From Spirochaetaceae bacterium (GTDB lineage: Bacteria > Spirochaetota > Spirochaetia > DSM-2461): a stretch of 64,000 nt of DNA. This document shows positions 10,081 to 20,223 of the stretch, in pieces (positions within the stretch are counted from its first letter, which is position 1; the number at the start of each line of letters is the position of its first letter). The stretch spans positions 185,968 to 249,967 of the forward strand of contig JAOPTT010000002.1 of NCBI GenBank assembly GCA_051531975.1, in the 5' to 3' direction. Position numbers and translations under genes: made by a program. Under the pieces are notes generated by a model. It searched no databases. It had not been told where the DNA came from and saw nothing but the letters and a program-made list of their open reading frames with translations.

Positions 10081-10257
10081 TTGATTATAGCCTTATACTT
10101 TTCTGATAGATACGACATTATTTTTACTTTAGGGCACAAATATTGACCAGTTTTCTTTATTGTTTTACCTATGGTTTTTATGCTGTTATACTAATTTCAG
10201 GATATATATCTATTCATATTTAATGAATAATTATTCTGAAGGCGTGGTAAAGTTATT
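10081..10257. promoter_or_regulatory. Promoter cassette copy 4: divergent promoter between isomerase operon and response regulator
   Basis: Minus strand CTGGTCAATATTTGTGCCCTAAAGTAAAAATAATGTCG-TATCTA-N17-TATAAT; plus strand extended -10 TGTTATACT (~10184-10192) and palindrome TATTCAT-N5-ATGAATA (10211-10229). Confidence 0.75.
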
Positions 10258-11871
10258 ATGCAATATAAGTTAGTGATAGTGGATGATGAGAAAACTATTA
10301 GAGAAGGATTGAAGAATTATGTAGATTGGATATCACTTAATTTTGAAGTTGTAGGTTGCTTCGAAGATGGAAAGGAAGCCATAGATTATATTGATGTCAA
10401 TGAGGTGAATGTTGTACTTACAGATATTAAGATGATTGAAATCTCAGGGATACAATTAGCAGAATACATTCATAATAAGAAACCCCAAATAAAGGTTGTT
10501 CTAATTAGCGGGTTTAAGGAATTTGAGTTTGCTAAACAGGCAATTGCCTTTGATGTAGTCGATTATATTCTTAAACCCATTAGAGTAATTGAGATCACCC
10601 GAATTTTTGAAAACATATGTAAAACTCTCACATTAGAAAAACACGATACTGAGCTTAAACTTAAAAAAGATAAACAAATAGATGAGGTTTTAGAACTATT
10701 AAAAGAACAATTTTTTAGAGATTTGATTTTGGGAGCACTTATAGACCCAGGTGAAATTGACAAAAAAATTAAACTCCTAGGCTTCGATAATGATGTTAAT
10801 AGATATGCATTAAGTATTATTGATATAAAACTTGAAAACTACAATGAATATATGCAAACAAAGTGGGAATATGGTAAAGATAGACTAGATAATGCATTAC
10901 GAAATATATTAGGTGGAGAAACCGAAAGTACCAAGTTTTTTACTCTTGTAACGACTCCAGGCTGTTTCAAAATAATAGCAATAGGAAATAGTAACTCATC
11001 AATACAAAGTATGAAAACTTATGTTCATGGTTATGTAAATACACTAAAAGAGAATATAATAAGCGTTTTTGATATGGAGTTGGAAATAGTTGAAATTAAA
11101 AGCTATTTAAATATTTTAGAACTCTCAAAAAGTACTGAAACCATAACAATTCCTGATACGGACTCCACAATTGATGATAATGGTATAGAGTTGATACTTA
11201 AAAATCCAACGCTTATTGAACAACGTAAAATATTCAAAGTTTCAATATTATCTGGAGATGCATCTTCTGTTTTTAGTCTCTTGAATAATATGGTTGATAA
11301 ATTAAAACTTTACCCTCCTAGTAGTATCCATAATTTTATAATTAATCTATTTATGGATCTATTTAATAGTTTGAGTACAATTGATATAAGTATTCAAAAA
11401 GTACGACAGGAAAAATTTGACTATAGTAAACTAATTAAAACAGAGAATATTGAAGGTATCAAAAAATGGGCAAGAGTAATGTCTGAGATGATAATGGAAC
11501 AGATATTACCAGATGCAGAAAATTCTAATAAATTGTTTATTAGAAAGGCATTAGAATACATTACAGAAAGATTCGACCAGGACTTGTCCCTAGACGAAGT
11601 TGCTTCCCATGTTTATTTGAGTCCTGCATATTTTTGTAGACTATTCAAACAGGAAACAGGAGAGAATTTTATTAATTATATAATTAAGATAAGAATTAAG
11701 AATGCTATTAAAATTATGAAAAGTTCAAACCATAAGATTTCGGAAATAGGGATAATGGTAGGCTATAAAAATAGTAAATATTTTTCTAGGGTTTTTAAAA
11801 ATCATACTGGATATACTCCTAGCCACTACCAGATGAAAATTATAAAAGAGGGTTTAAACTCCGATGAATAA
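10258..11871 (+). CDS. YesN-like response regulator (REC + AraC HTH)
   Basis: LVIVDDE, VLTDIKM, DYILKP; C-terminal LSLDEVASHVYLSPAYFCRLFKQETG..YFSRVFKNHTGYTP. Confidence 0.95.
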   Translation: MQYKLVIVDDEKTIREGLKNYVDWISLNFEVVGCFEDGKEAIDYIDVNEVNVVLTDIKMIEISGIQLAEYIHNKKPQIKVVLISGFKEFEFAKQAIAFDVVDYILKPIRVIEITRIFENICKTLTLEKHDTELKLKKDKQIDEVLELLKEQFFRDLILGALIDPGEIDKKIKLLGFDNDVNRYALSIIDIKLENYNEYMQTKWEYGKDRLDNALRNILGGETESTKFFTLVTTPGCFKIIAIGNSNSSIQSMKTYVHGYVNTLKENIISVFDMELEIVEIKSYLNILELSKSTETITIPDTDSTIDDNGIELILKNPTLIEQRKIFKVSILSGDASSVFSLLNNMVDKLKLYPPSSIHNFIINLFMDLFNSLSTIDISIQKVRQEKFDYSKLIKTENIEGIKKWARVMSEMIMEQILPDAENSNKLFIRKALEYITERFDQDLSLDEVASHVYLSPAYFCRLFKQETGENFINYIIKIRIKNAIKIMKSSNHKISEIGIMVGYKNSKYFSRVFKNHTGYTPSHYQMKIIKEGLNSDE

Positions 11872-13663
11872 AAATAGAAGAATATGGCAGTTAATTTTAG
11901 ATTTCAAGTTCCAGAGTATTTATATAAGGAACTTATTAATAATAACTCTTCTTTTTATAATTCCACTTATAATTATAAACATTATCGTATTTGAATATTC
12001 CACTAGTTATGTAATGAAAGAAATTAAGACATTTAATACCAACAATGTACTAAGAGTTAGAGACTCTACAGATAACATATTAGTAGAGTCAAACAGAATT
12101 GCGGCTATGATCGTAAATATGGATAAAGTTAAATATTTTATCCCAAAATACAATTCAGAAATGGACTTGTATAATTCTGCCAATAGTATCCAGGATGATC
12201 TGCTACAATTTATATTGATTGAAGAATATTTACATTCTATATTTATTTTTTCTGAATTAAATGAAAATATTATTTCAAACTCGGATTTTGGTAATATTAA
12301 AACCTTTAACGATATGTCGTGGTATGAAAGCTATAATAAGAATAAAAACAATGAAAGCAGGTGGATTATATCTCGGAAATATAAGGATATATACCCTTAC
12401 CTTATGTCACTTATAAAACCCATAAGTACTACTGAAGGCAGAATTTTAGGTGCAGTTATTATTAATATCAATGCAGAAGTTCTAGGAAATATGTCAGGAG
12501 TGATAGACAATAGTTTTTCTGAAAATCTTAGTATCATAGATAATGATGGGTTAGTTTTATACAATAAAAACCTTAATTATATAGAAAGAAATCTAAAGAA
12601 TTTAGATGAGTTTAGAGGTTTTGATTATTTAGACAAAGAGAACCCCTCAAGCTACACAATTAACGATGAAAAAAAGGTAATAACTGTAGTGGACTCTGAT
12701 TTTGGTCCGTATAAATACATTTTATCCATACCTTTAAAAAACTTTGATAATGAGTACTCCAAAATGAGAAGGTATTTCATTATATTTGTATTAATAAGTG
12801 TTTTATTATCGGCTATTGCAACTTTTATTATATCTATTAGAACATATGAACCATTACGAAATATTTTGTCAATTATAGATGATTCTAAAGGTATACAAAT
12901 TCTTGCACAAGGAACAGGTGATCAGAAAAGTATTAATGAAACAAAGTATATTATAAACAGTATTTTGAAAACAGAAAAAATGAATCATGAGATGGAAAAG
13001 GAACTTTCATACAAATTATCCCTATTAAATAGGGCTCAGACTGTAGCATTACAATACCAGATAAATCCCCATTTTCTTATAAATACACTTGATACAATAA
13101 ACTGGACCGCTATTGGTCTCACTAATAGTGAAAATAAAGTTTCATCCATGGTTGCATCCCTTGCCGATCTATTTCGTTTGAGTCTAGACGCAAAAGATAA
13201 TCTAATTTCAATTGAAAATGAGCTTGAATATGTTAAAAAGTACCTCTTTTTACTTGAGATTAGGTATCCGGATAAGTTTAATGTTATCTGGGATATAAAA
13301 GATGAAGTATTAACATATAAGATAGTAAAACTGTCTATACAACCATTGGTAGAAAATGCTGTTTACCACGGTATTAAACCCAAAAGGCAAAAAGGTAATT
13401 TAACCATCAGATGTTTCTTAGATGGTGACAATATTTGTGTAGAAGTTGAAGATGACGGGGTTGGTTTAAACGAAAGTAAAGTCGATGAAATAAAAAAGTT
13501 GTTATCTCAAGATTATACTGTTGAAGTTGAACACATAGGACTATGCAATATAAATCAACGCGTAAAATTGATATTCGGTCAAGAGTTCGGTATTGCTTTA
13601 AAAAGTAACCGAAATAAAGGATCAGTTGTTAGTATAACATTTCCAGCTATCAACAAAGTGTAA
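11864..13663 (+). CDS. YesM-like sensor histidine kinase
   Basis: Two TM segments with extracytoplasmic sensor; QINPHFLINTL, QPLVENAVYHG, VEDDGVG, HIGLCNINQR. Confidence 0.95.
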   Translation: MNKNRRIWQLILDFKFQSIYIRNLLIITLLFIIPLIIINIIVFEYSTSYVMKEIKTFNTNNVLRVRDSTDNILVESNRIAAMIVNMDKVKYFIPKYNSEMDLYNSANSIQDDLLQFILIEEYLHSIFIFSELNENIISNSDFGNIKTFNDMSWYESYNKNKNNESRWIISRKYKDIYPYLMSLIKPISTTEGRILGAVIININAEVLGNMSGVIDNSFSENLSIIDNDGLVLYNKNLNYIERNLKNLDEFRGFDYLDKENPSSYTINDEKKVITVVDSDFGPYKYILSIPLKNFDNEYSKMRRYFIIFVLISVLLSAIATFIISIRTYEPLRNILSIIDDSKGIQILAQGTGDQKSINETKYIINSILKTEKMNHEMEKELSYKLSLLNRAQTVALQYQINPHFLINTLDTINWTAIGLTNSENKVSSMVASLADLFRLSLDAKDNLISIENELEYVKKYLFLLEIRYPDKFNVIWDIKDEVLTYKIVKLSIQPLVENAVYHGIKPKRQKGNLTIRCFLDGDNICVEVEDDGVGLNESKVDEIKKLLSQDYTVEVEHIGLCNINQRVKLIFGQEFGIALKSNRNKGSVVSITFPAINKV

Positions 13664-13771
13664 TTACAGAACAATTTACCTCAAGATTATAAGGTTGAAT
13701 TATTCTGCAATCAAGAAAATATAAAAACCATATGACTCTATCTTAAAAAATCATAGCTCTTTTTCTTTAAA

Positions 13772-15052
13772 CTAAAGATTCGTATCTATATCCTTATGGG
13801 TAAATGTCTTTTTACCAGTAGCATAATCAGCGGCGATATCACCATTTCCTACAAGTTTATATTTATAGATTGTTAAACCTTCTAGACCTACTGGACCTCT
13901 GGAGTGGATCTTATTTGTTGAGATACCAACTTCTGCACCAAAACCGTATTTGTTTCCATCTGCAAAGCGTGTAGAAGCATTTAAAAATACTGAAGCTGAA
14001 TCTACATTCATTAAAAACTTATCCCAGTTACTACTGTTATTTGTAATAATACAGTCTGTATGACCACTACCATGCAAATTGATAAAATCTATAGCGTTAT
14101 CTAAACCGTCTACTATTTTAATAGAGAGAATTAGTTCGTTATATTCTGTATCCCAATCCTGGTCTGTGGCTTTTTTTATATCAATTATTTTTGAAGTTTG
14201 GGCACAACCTCGAAGTTCTACATCGTTATCTTCAAGTAGTTCCTTAATTTTAGGAAGAAACTCTGCTGCAATGGAACTATCAACTAAAAGTGTTTCTATT
14301 GCATTACAAACTGCAGGATATTGGCACTTAGAGTCTAAAGTTACTTTTAATCCTGTATCTATATCAGCATCTTTGTCCATATATAGATGACATATACCAT
14401 CTGCATGACCCATTACAGGTATTTTTGTATTATCTTTAATAAACTGAACTAGAGAGTTTGATCCCCTTGGTATCATTAAATCAATATATTTATCAAGACT
14501 TAAAATCTCTTTGATATCTTCTCTAGATTCTGCAAATTCTAAACTTGAAGCTAAAAGTTCTGAGACCGTTTCTACTGCCTCTTTAATAAGAGAAAATAGA
14601 GCTTTATTAGTATTTATAGCCTCTTTTCCACCCTTTAAAATACCTGCATTTCCAGATTTAATAAAAAGAGAAGATATCTGAACTAAAGCGTCTGGTCTAG
14701 ACTCAAATATTACTCCAATAACACCAATTGGTACTGAGAACCTAGTAAGAATAAGTCCTTTATCTAACTCTCTTTCTAGCTGAACAGAGCATAAAGGATC
14801 GTTAAGTTCTCTAACACTTTTTATTCCAGCTACAATGGATTTAACCTTATCCTCTGTTAATATTAGTCTTTTATATAAAGCGTTATTTAGTCCATCTGCT
14901 ACATCAAGATCTTTTTTATTCTCTGTTAATATAAAGTCTATATTTTTTAGCAGAGAGTCCTCTATGGATTTCAAAGCACTATTTCTTATTGAAACATCCA
15001 CCGATGACAATTTACTACTTATTGTTTTTAATCTTTTTACCTTATCTATCAT
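13772..15052 (-). CDS. proA: Glutamate-5-semialdehyde dehydrogenase
   Basis: IGVIFESRP, LKGGKEA, IPRGS, PAVCNAIETLL, NASTRFADG..GFGAEVGIST..RGPVGL. Confidence 0.97.
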   Translation of the reverse strand: MIDKVKRLKTISSKLSSVDVSIRNSALKSIEDSLLKNIDFILTENKKDLDVADGLNNALYKRLILTEDKVKSIVAGIKSVRELNDPLCSVQLERELDKGLILTRFSVPIGVIGVIFESRPDALVQISSLFIKSGNAGILKGGKEAINTNKALFSLIKEAVETVSELLASSLEFAESREDIKEILSLDKYIDLMIPRGSNSLVQFIKDNTKIPVMGHADGICHLYMDKDADIDTGLKVTLDSKCQYPAVCNAIETLLVDSSIAAEFLPKIKELLEDNDVELRGCAQTSKIIDIKKATDQDWDTEYNELILSIKIVDGLDNAIDFINLHGSGHTDCIITNNSSNWDKFLMNVDSASVFLNASTRFADGNKYGFGAEVGISTNKIHSRGPVGLEGLTIYKYKLVGNGDIAADYATGKKTFTHKDIDTNL

Positions 15053-15840
15053 TTTTGACCTAACTCGATACTTCTTTTAACTGTAGCATCCACAGTATTA
15101 TCTATTATAGAACCTATTTCAGAGGATTCTAGTACACCTCTACCTGCAATAGTTGTTCCCCCAGGAGAACTTACCATAGTAATTAAGTCTTCTATTACCA
15201 TGTCCTTCTCGATTAATAATTGAGCTGTACCTAAAAAAGTATTTAAAGTGAGACTTTTTGCAACATCTTCATCTAAACCTTGTTTAATACCTGCTTTAAT
15301 AAACTGATCCATAATTCTAGCTACAAATGCAGGACCTGAACCACTAATACCTGTAACAGCATCCATATGTTTCTCTTCAACTTCTAATGCTATACCAGAA
15401 TAAGATAAAAACTCTAATACTTCAGCCTTCTGGTTAACGTTCATAGACCCAGAAAAAGAGACTCCAGCAGCCATTTTACCCACTAAAGATGGAGTATTAG
15501 GCATAACTCGGGCAATTCCTGGATTAGGTAGCTCTTTAGTTAGATATTTAAGAGTAACACCTGCAGCAATTGAGATTATTATTTTGCTAAAATCTCTGAT
15601 TTCTGGCAGAATTTTTTCAATTATTTGTGGTTTTACAGCTAATACTATAATATCAGAATCCATAGTTAACTCTTTTATAGAGTTATAACATTTTGTCGAA
15701 CTAAAAGATTTTGTAAATAGATCTAAGCGATCTTTATTAATGTCATATATTCCTATTGGAATATTAGGATTCTGGTTGAATAGTGCTCCTGCCATTGCAT
15801 AAGCCATATTTCCAGCTCCAATAAAGCTAATAGTCTTCAT
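15049..15840 (-). CDS. proC: Pyrroline-5-carboxylate reductase
   Basis: FIGAGNMA, LAVKPQ, ISIAAG, RVMPNTP, SGSGPAF, VSSPGGTT. Confidence 0.97.
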   Translation of the reverse strand: MKTISFIGAGNMAYAMAGALFNQNPNIPIGIYDINKDRLDLFTKSFSSTKCYNSIKELTMDSDIIVLAVKPQIIEKILPEIRDFSKIIISIAAGVTLKYLTKELPNPGIARVMPNTPSLVGKMAAGVSFSGSMNVNQKAEVLEFLSYSGIALEVEEKHMDAVTGISGSGPAFVARIMDQFIKAGIKQGLDEDVAKSLTLNTFLGTAQLLIEKDMVIEDLITMVSSPGGTTIAGRGVLESSEIGSIIDNTVDATVKRSIELGQK

Positions 15841-15986
15841 AATCTCTCCAATTTTTTACTCATATATATAATGACTTATATTATTTTTTCTTTCAATATA
15901 AAAATCTTCCACAATTTATCAAAATATCGACTCTACTATTTGATCTTTTATTAATTTTAAGTCATATTGTTCACTAAGGTGAATTA

Positions 15987-16325
15987 ATGGAATTTAAAAA
16001 TAGAAAAGAAACTAGATTTATTGCTAACTTCGATGGGTTTTATAGATTAGAAAACACATATGAGTGGCTTGAATGTTATATATATGATATTAGTGAATCA
16101 GGGACTTTATTAAAAATAAAACAACCACTTTTTAAAGATGACAGAGTTGAAATATGTCTTAATACAGATGATACAGATGACATTATTACAGGTACTGTTG
16201 TAAATACAAAAGGTCAGATTGTAGGTATAGAACTTACAACAAAAAATGCTTCAGATATTATAAAGAGCTCAATTGATAGAGCTTTTGCAGGTGCTAGAAG
16301 TGCAAAAAAAAAGAGTGGCTTCTAG
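15987..16325 (+). CDS. PilZ domain protein (c-di-GMP receptor)
   Basis: RxxxR (RKETR) and DxSxxG (DISESG) motifs. Confidence 0.85.
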   Translation: MEFKNRKETRFIANFDGFYRLENTYEWLECYIYDISESGTLLKIKQPLFKDDRVEICLNTDDTDDIITGTVVNTKGQIVGIELTTKNASDIIKSSIDRAFAGARSAKKKSGF

Positions 16326-16333
16326 CCACTCTT
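16304..16333. terminator. Hairpin between convergent PilZ and ftsH (U-tract on minus strand)
   Basis: A-run + AAGAGTGGCT-TCT-AGCCACTCTT. Confidence 0.75.
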
Positions 16334-16351
16334 CTATTCTAATTATATAAT

Positions 16352-18493
16352 TTATTTATCATTCTTATCAGATTTCTCATTCTTTTTAGTTGGATCTTTT
16401 AATTTAAGTTTTAATTCAACTTCATTTACAAATGGGTTCTCTTTTTTATGTTCTGCTTTTACAGTTGGTGGTTTATTCTTTTTAGCATCAATCATAGCCT
16501 GATTACGTTCTAAGATATCATCGTTTCGTTTTTTTCCTGTAATCTCAGCTCTCTCAGACGGTTTCATGTCTAAGCCTTCTCTTTCTAAGAAAGTTACGGC
16601 TCCAAGTTCATCGTCTTTTACTAGTTTCATAAAATCGACACTTGTAAGAACTTCGTCGTGCATTAATCTCTCAGTTATAGATTCAAGAAGAACTAGATGA
16701 CTTTTAAGAACATTCTGAACATGTTGGTAACGCTCTGCTAATATTCTAGATATCTCGTCATCTATATATTGCTGAGTAGTTTCAGAGTACTCTTTAGTAC
16801 TTCCACCACCTTGTAAATATGAGTTCTGTTGTACACTTAAAGCAACATTTTTAAACTTATCGCTCATTCCATATACAGTAATCATATTTTTAACTATCTT
16901 TGTTGCTCTTTCAATATCGTTAGAAGCACCTGTGGATAATTTGTTATATACTAATATTTCTGCTGCTCTACCACCTAAAAGAACATCAACCTCACCAATT
17001 AACTCCTCTTCGGTCATTAAATATCTGTCCTCAGTAGGTGTTTGCATAGTATAACCTAATGCACCAAAGCCTCTTGGTACTATAGATATTTTTTGTACTG
17101 GGTTCTGGTCAGGAGTAAATGCAGCAACTAATGCGTGTCCTACTTCGTGATATGCAACAATCTCTCTCTCTCTTGGATTGATTAGTCTATTTTTCTTCTC
17201 TAATCCAGCAACAGATTTTTCAATTGCTTCTGTAAAATCACACTGAAGAACAGTTTTTCTTCCAGCTCTAACAGCTAATAGTGCTGCCTCATTCACAATA
17301 TTTGCTAAATCTGCCCCAACAAAACCAGGTGTTGCTTTAGCTACATCTTTTAATGAAAGAATAGCATCTAACTTTACACCCTTTGAATGGATTCTTAATA
17401 TTTCTTCACGACCTAATAGGTCTGGTTTATCAACTAATACTTGTCTATCAAAACGACCTGGTCTTAAAAGTGCTTGGTCTAATATTTCAGGTCTATTTGT
17501 AGCTGCTAATAAGATTACACCTGTTTGAGTATCAAAACCATCCATCTCAACTAATAACTGGTTAAGTGTCTGCTCTCTCTCGTCATTAGTTGACATAGCT
17601 GCAGCTCTACTTTTACCAATAGCATCTAACTCATCTATGAATATGATCGACGGTGCTTTCTCTCTAGCCTGTTTAAATAGGTCTCTAACTCTAGCAGCTC
17701 CAACACCTACAAACATCTCTACAAAATCAGCTCCACTTAGTCTAAAAAACGTAACACCAGCTTCACCTGCAACAGCTTTTGCCATTAAAGTTTTACCAGT
17801 TCCTGGAGGTCCAACTAGTAGAACACCTTTTGGTATTTTACCACCAATCTCAGTATATTTTTTTGAGTTCTTAAGGAAGTCTACAACCTCTTCTAACTCA
17901 TATTTAGCTTCTTCACACCCAGCAACATCGTTAAATACAACTCCAGTATCGGTATCAAATAAAATTTTAGATTTATTTTGACCAAAGTTCATAACATTTG
18001 AACCACCCATGCCACCAATCTTTTTAAACATAAATCGCCAAATTAAAAACATTAATCCTAATGGAATAACCCATTGTAATATCATGCCAATTAACGGATT
18101 TGAATCGTCCGGAATAACTTCGTATTGTACTTGTGAATCTTCTAATAAGGTTGTAAAACCTGGATCTGTTAATCTAGGTAGAGGAACAGATCTAAATGAT
18201 GGGCTACCAGTTAAACCAGTTTCCTTTGGATTACTAGTATAACCCTCATAAACTCCATCAACTAATTTAACATATCTAATTTGTCCACTTGATACCATGC
18301 TTTTAAAATCACTAAGTGGTATTGAATTATTTGAAATATTAGAGAAGTAAGAATTTATTGCAAAAATAGCGATAACTACTCCTATCAGGTAGATTATTGG
18401 GAACTTTCCATTACCACCTTTTAGTTTTTTTAATATTTCGTCAAATTTATCATCATTTTCGTTATCATTATTATTTTTATCGGCACCTGCCAC
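16352..18493 (-). CDS. ftsH: ATP-dependent zinc metalloprotease FtsH
   Basis: [29 protein letters not shown]; start placed at GTG 18493 behind AAGGAG SD (track starts at 18520). Confidence 0.97.
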   Translation of the reverse strand: MAGADKNNNDNENDDKFDEILKKLKGGNGKFPIIYLIGVVIAIFAINSYFSNISNNSIPLSDFKSMVSSGQIRYVKLVDGVYEGYTSNPKETGLTGSPSFRSVPLPRLTDPGFTTLLEDSQVQYEVIPDDSNPLIGMILQWVIPLGLMFLIWRFMFKKIGGMGGSNVMNFGQNKSKILFDTDTGVVFNDVAGCEEAKYELEEVVDFLKNSKKYTEIGGKIPKGVLLVGPPGTGKTLMAKAVAGEAGVTFFRLSGADFVEMFVGVGAARVRDLFKQAREKAPSIIFIDELDAIGKSRAAAMSTNDEREQTLNQLLVEMDGFDTQTGVILLAATNRPEILDQALLRPGRFDRQVLVDKPDLLGREEILRIHSKGVKLDAILSLKDVAKATPGFVGADLANIVNEAALLAVRAGRKTVLQCDFTEAIEKSVAGLEKKNRLINPREREIVAYHEVGHALVAAFTPDQNPVQKISIVPRGFGALGYTMQTPTEDRYLMTEEELIGEVDVLLGGRAAEILVYNKLSTGASNDIERATKIVKNMITVYGMSDKFKNVALSVQQNSYLQGGGSTKEYSETTQQYIDDEISRILAERYQHVQNVLKSHLVLLESITERLMHDEVLTSVDFMKLVKDDELGAVTFLEREGLDMKPSERAEITGKKRNDDILERNQAMIDAKKNKPPTVKAEHKKENPFVNEVELKLKLKDPTKKNEKSDKNDK

Positions 18494-18555
18494 AATTAAC
18501 TCCTTAAGCTGTATAAACAATTTATGTATAAAAAAACAAAAAGTAAAGGAAATAC

Positions 18556-20223
18556 CTATTTATTTAATCCCATATTGGAGAAATTAATAAATTCCTCCCC
18601 ATTTAATGGTTTGCTATAATAGTACCCTTGTATAAGTGGACACCCTAGATCTTTAACAAAATCTTTCTGATCTAATGTCTCCACACCTTCTGCAATTACT
18701 TTTAATTTCAAATACTTAGCCAAATTAATAATAGTTTTAACTATTGCAACATCACCTGGTTCAGCAAGGATATTATCTATAAATGATTTATCAATTTTTA
18801 ATTTATCTATTGGAAATTTCTTCAAATAACTAAGAGATGAAAAACCAGTTCCAAAATCGTCTATTGCTAGTTTAAAACCCATATCTTTTAGACTAAACAT
18901 AGTTTTTATTGCTAAATCTATATCGTCTACAAATGCACTCTCTGTTATCTCAAGTTCAATTTTAGATGTATCTACTTTGTCGTAAAAAATATTTTTGATT
19001 AAAGGAATTAGTTTTTTGTCGTTAAACTGGACCCCAGAAATGTTAATTGCCATGGACATATCTTTAATACTATTTTCTTCCCAATGAACAAACTGATTAC
19101 ATGTATTCCTAAGAACCCACTCTCCTATTGGAATTATAAGCCCTTTTTTCTCTGCTATAGGTATAAATTTAGCTGGAGAGACAAAACCTCTCTCACTGTT
19201 ATTCCATCGAATTAGAGCTTCTGCCCCAACAGTTTTCTGAGTATTACTATCAACCTGTGGTTGGTAAACCATTGATAATTCATTTCTCTCAATTGATTTT
19301 CTAAGATCACCTAAAAGTTGGAATTGCTCTAATACCGATTCATTCATTTTAGGTTCATAAAAACTAAAGGTATTAAATTCCTCTTTTCTTGAATTAGTCA
19401 TTGCTGAATCTGCATTTTTAATTAGTTCCTCAGGTTCTAATCCATCGGTTATATATAAGGATATTCCAAGGTTTACAGACAAAAAGAATTCGTGGCCTTC
19501 AACAGTAAATGGTTCATAAAATGCATCAATTATTTCAAAGGCTCGATCTTTAATATCTTCTATCTCATTATAGTGTTGGTAGATAACAAACCTATCGGAG
19601 CCAAAACTAAAGATATTATCAGTTAATATTGTATCTTTTATTCGATTAGCTATATCTTTTAGAACCTTATCACCCTGGGTATGACCAAAGGTTTCAGGAA
19701 TAAGTGAAAAGTTATTAACATCCAGGAGAATAACAGCAACATGCCTTCTTTTTTCTTCTAAAAACTCCTCTAACTTCTTCTCTCCAAAAAATCTGTTAGC
19801 AATATTTGTACTCTGATCTATTTTCTCTAAATATTGTAGTTCTTGCATAGCTTTAAGCTTAGAAGTAACATCTGTAATAATACATAGATACTTTGTTTTA
19901 TTGTGTTCTTGAAAACTTATAATCTTCTGCTTCATTACAAAAAGAGATTCATCTTTTTTATTAGAATCCCAAGTTTCGTCTTCCCAATAGCCTTTAGATT
20001 CAACCTGCTCCCATAACCTTTCATAAAAGCCAGGGTCGTGCCAACCACCATGTACAGATGTTGGTATTGTATCTAAAACACTATTTTCTGTTAAACCTGA
20101 GATCTCCAAAAATCGATTATTAAAATAGGATATACGTCTATCGGCATTAAGTACAAAGACTCCTTCAGATGTTGAGTTTAAATAAAGTGTTATTAGTTTT
20201 TTGTCTACTTTAGTAAACTTCAC
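18556..20223 (-). CDS. PAS-GGDEF(degenerate)-EAL c-di-GMP phosphodiesterase
   Basis: PAS N-terminus; GGDEF replaced by GSDRF; intact EALIRW, ELEITES, IDDFGTGFSSL, IAEGVET, QGYYYSKP. Confidence 0.92.
   Translation of the reverse strand: MKFTKVDKKLITLYLNSTSEGVFVLNADRRISYFNNRFLEISGLTENSVLDTIPTSVHGGWHDPGFYERLWEQVESKGYWEDETWDSNKKDESLFVMKQKIISFQEHNKTKYLCIITDVTSKLKAMQELQYLEKIDQSTNIANRFFGEKKLEEFLEEKRRHVAVILLDVNNFSLIPETFGHTQGDKVLKDIANRIKDTILTDNIFSFGSDRFVIYQHYNEIEDIKDRAFEIIDAFYEPFTVEGHEFFLSVNLGISLYITDGLEPEELIKNADSAMTNSRKEEFNTFSFYEPKMNESVLEQFQLLGDLRKSIERNELSMVYQPQVDSNTQKTVGAEALIRWNNSERGFVSPAKFIPIAEKKGLIIPIGEWVLRNTCNQFVHWEENSIKDMSMAINISGVQFNDKKLIPLIKNIFYDKVDTSKIELEITESAFVDDIDLAIKTMFSLKDMGFKLAIDDFGTGFSSLSYLKKFPIDKLKIDKSFIDNILAEPGDVAIVKTIINLAKYLKLKVIAEGVETLDQKDFVKDLGCPLIQGYYYSKPLNGEEFINFSNMGLNK

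Noticed and set aside
9936..10139. 67-aa minus-strand ORF (and 2688..2879 +)
   Set aside because: Overlap promoter cassette copies or real genes; low-complexity AT-rich translation
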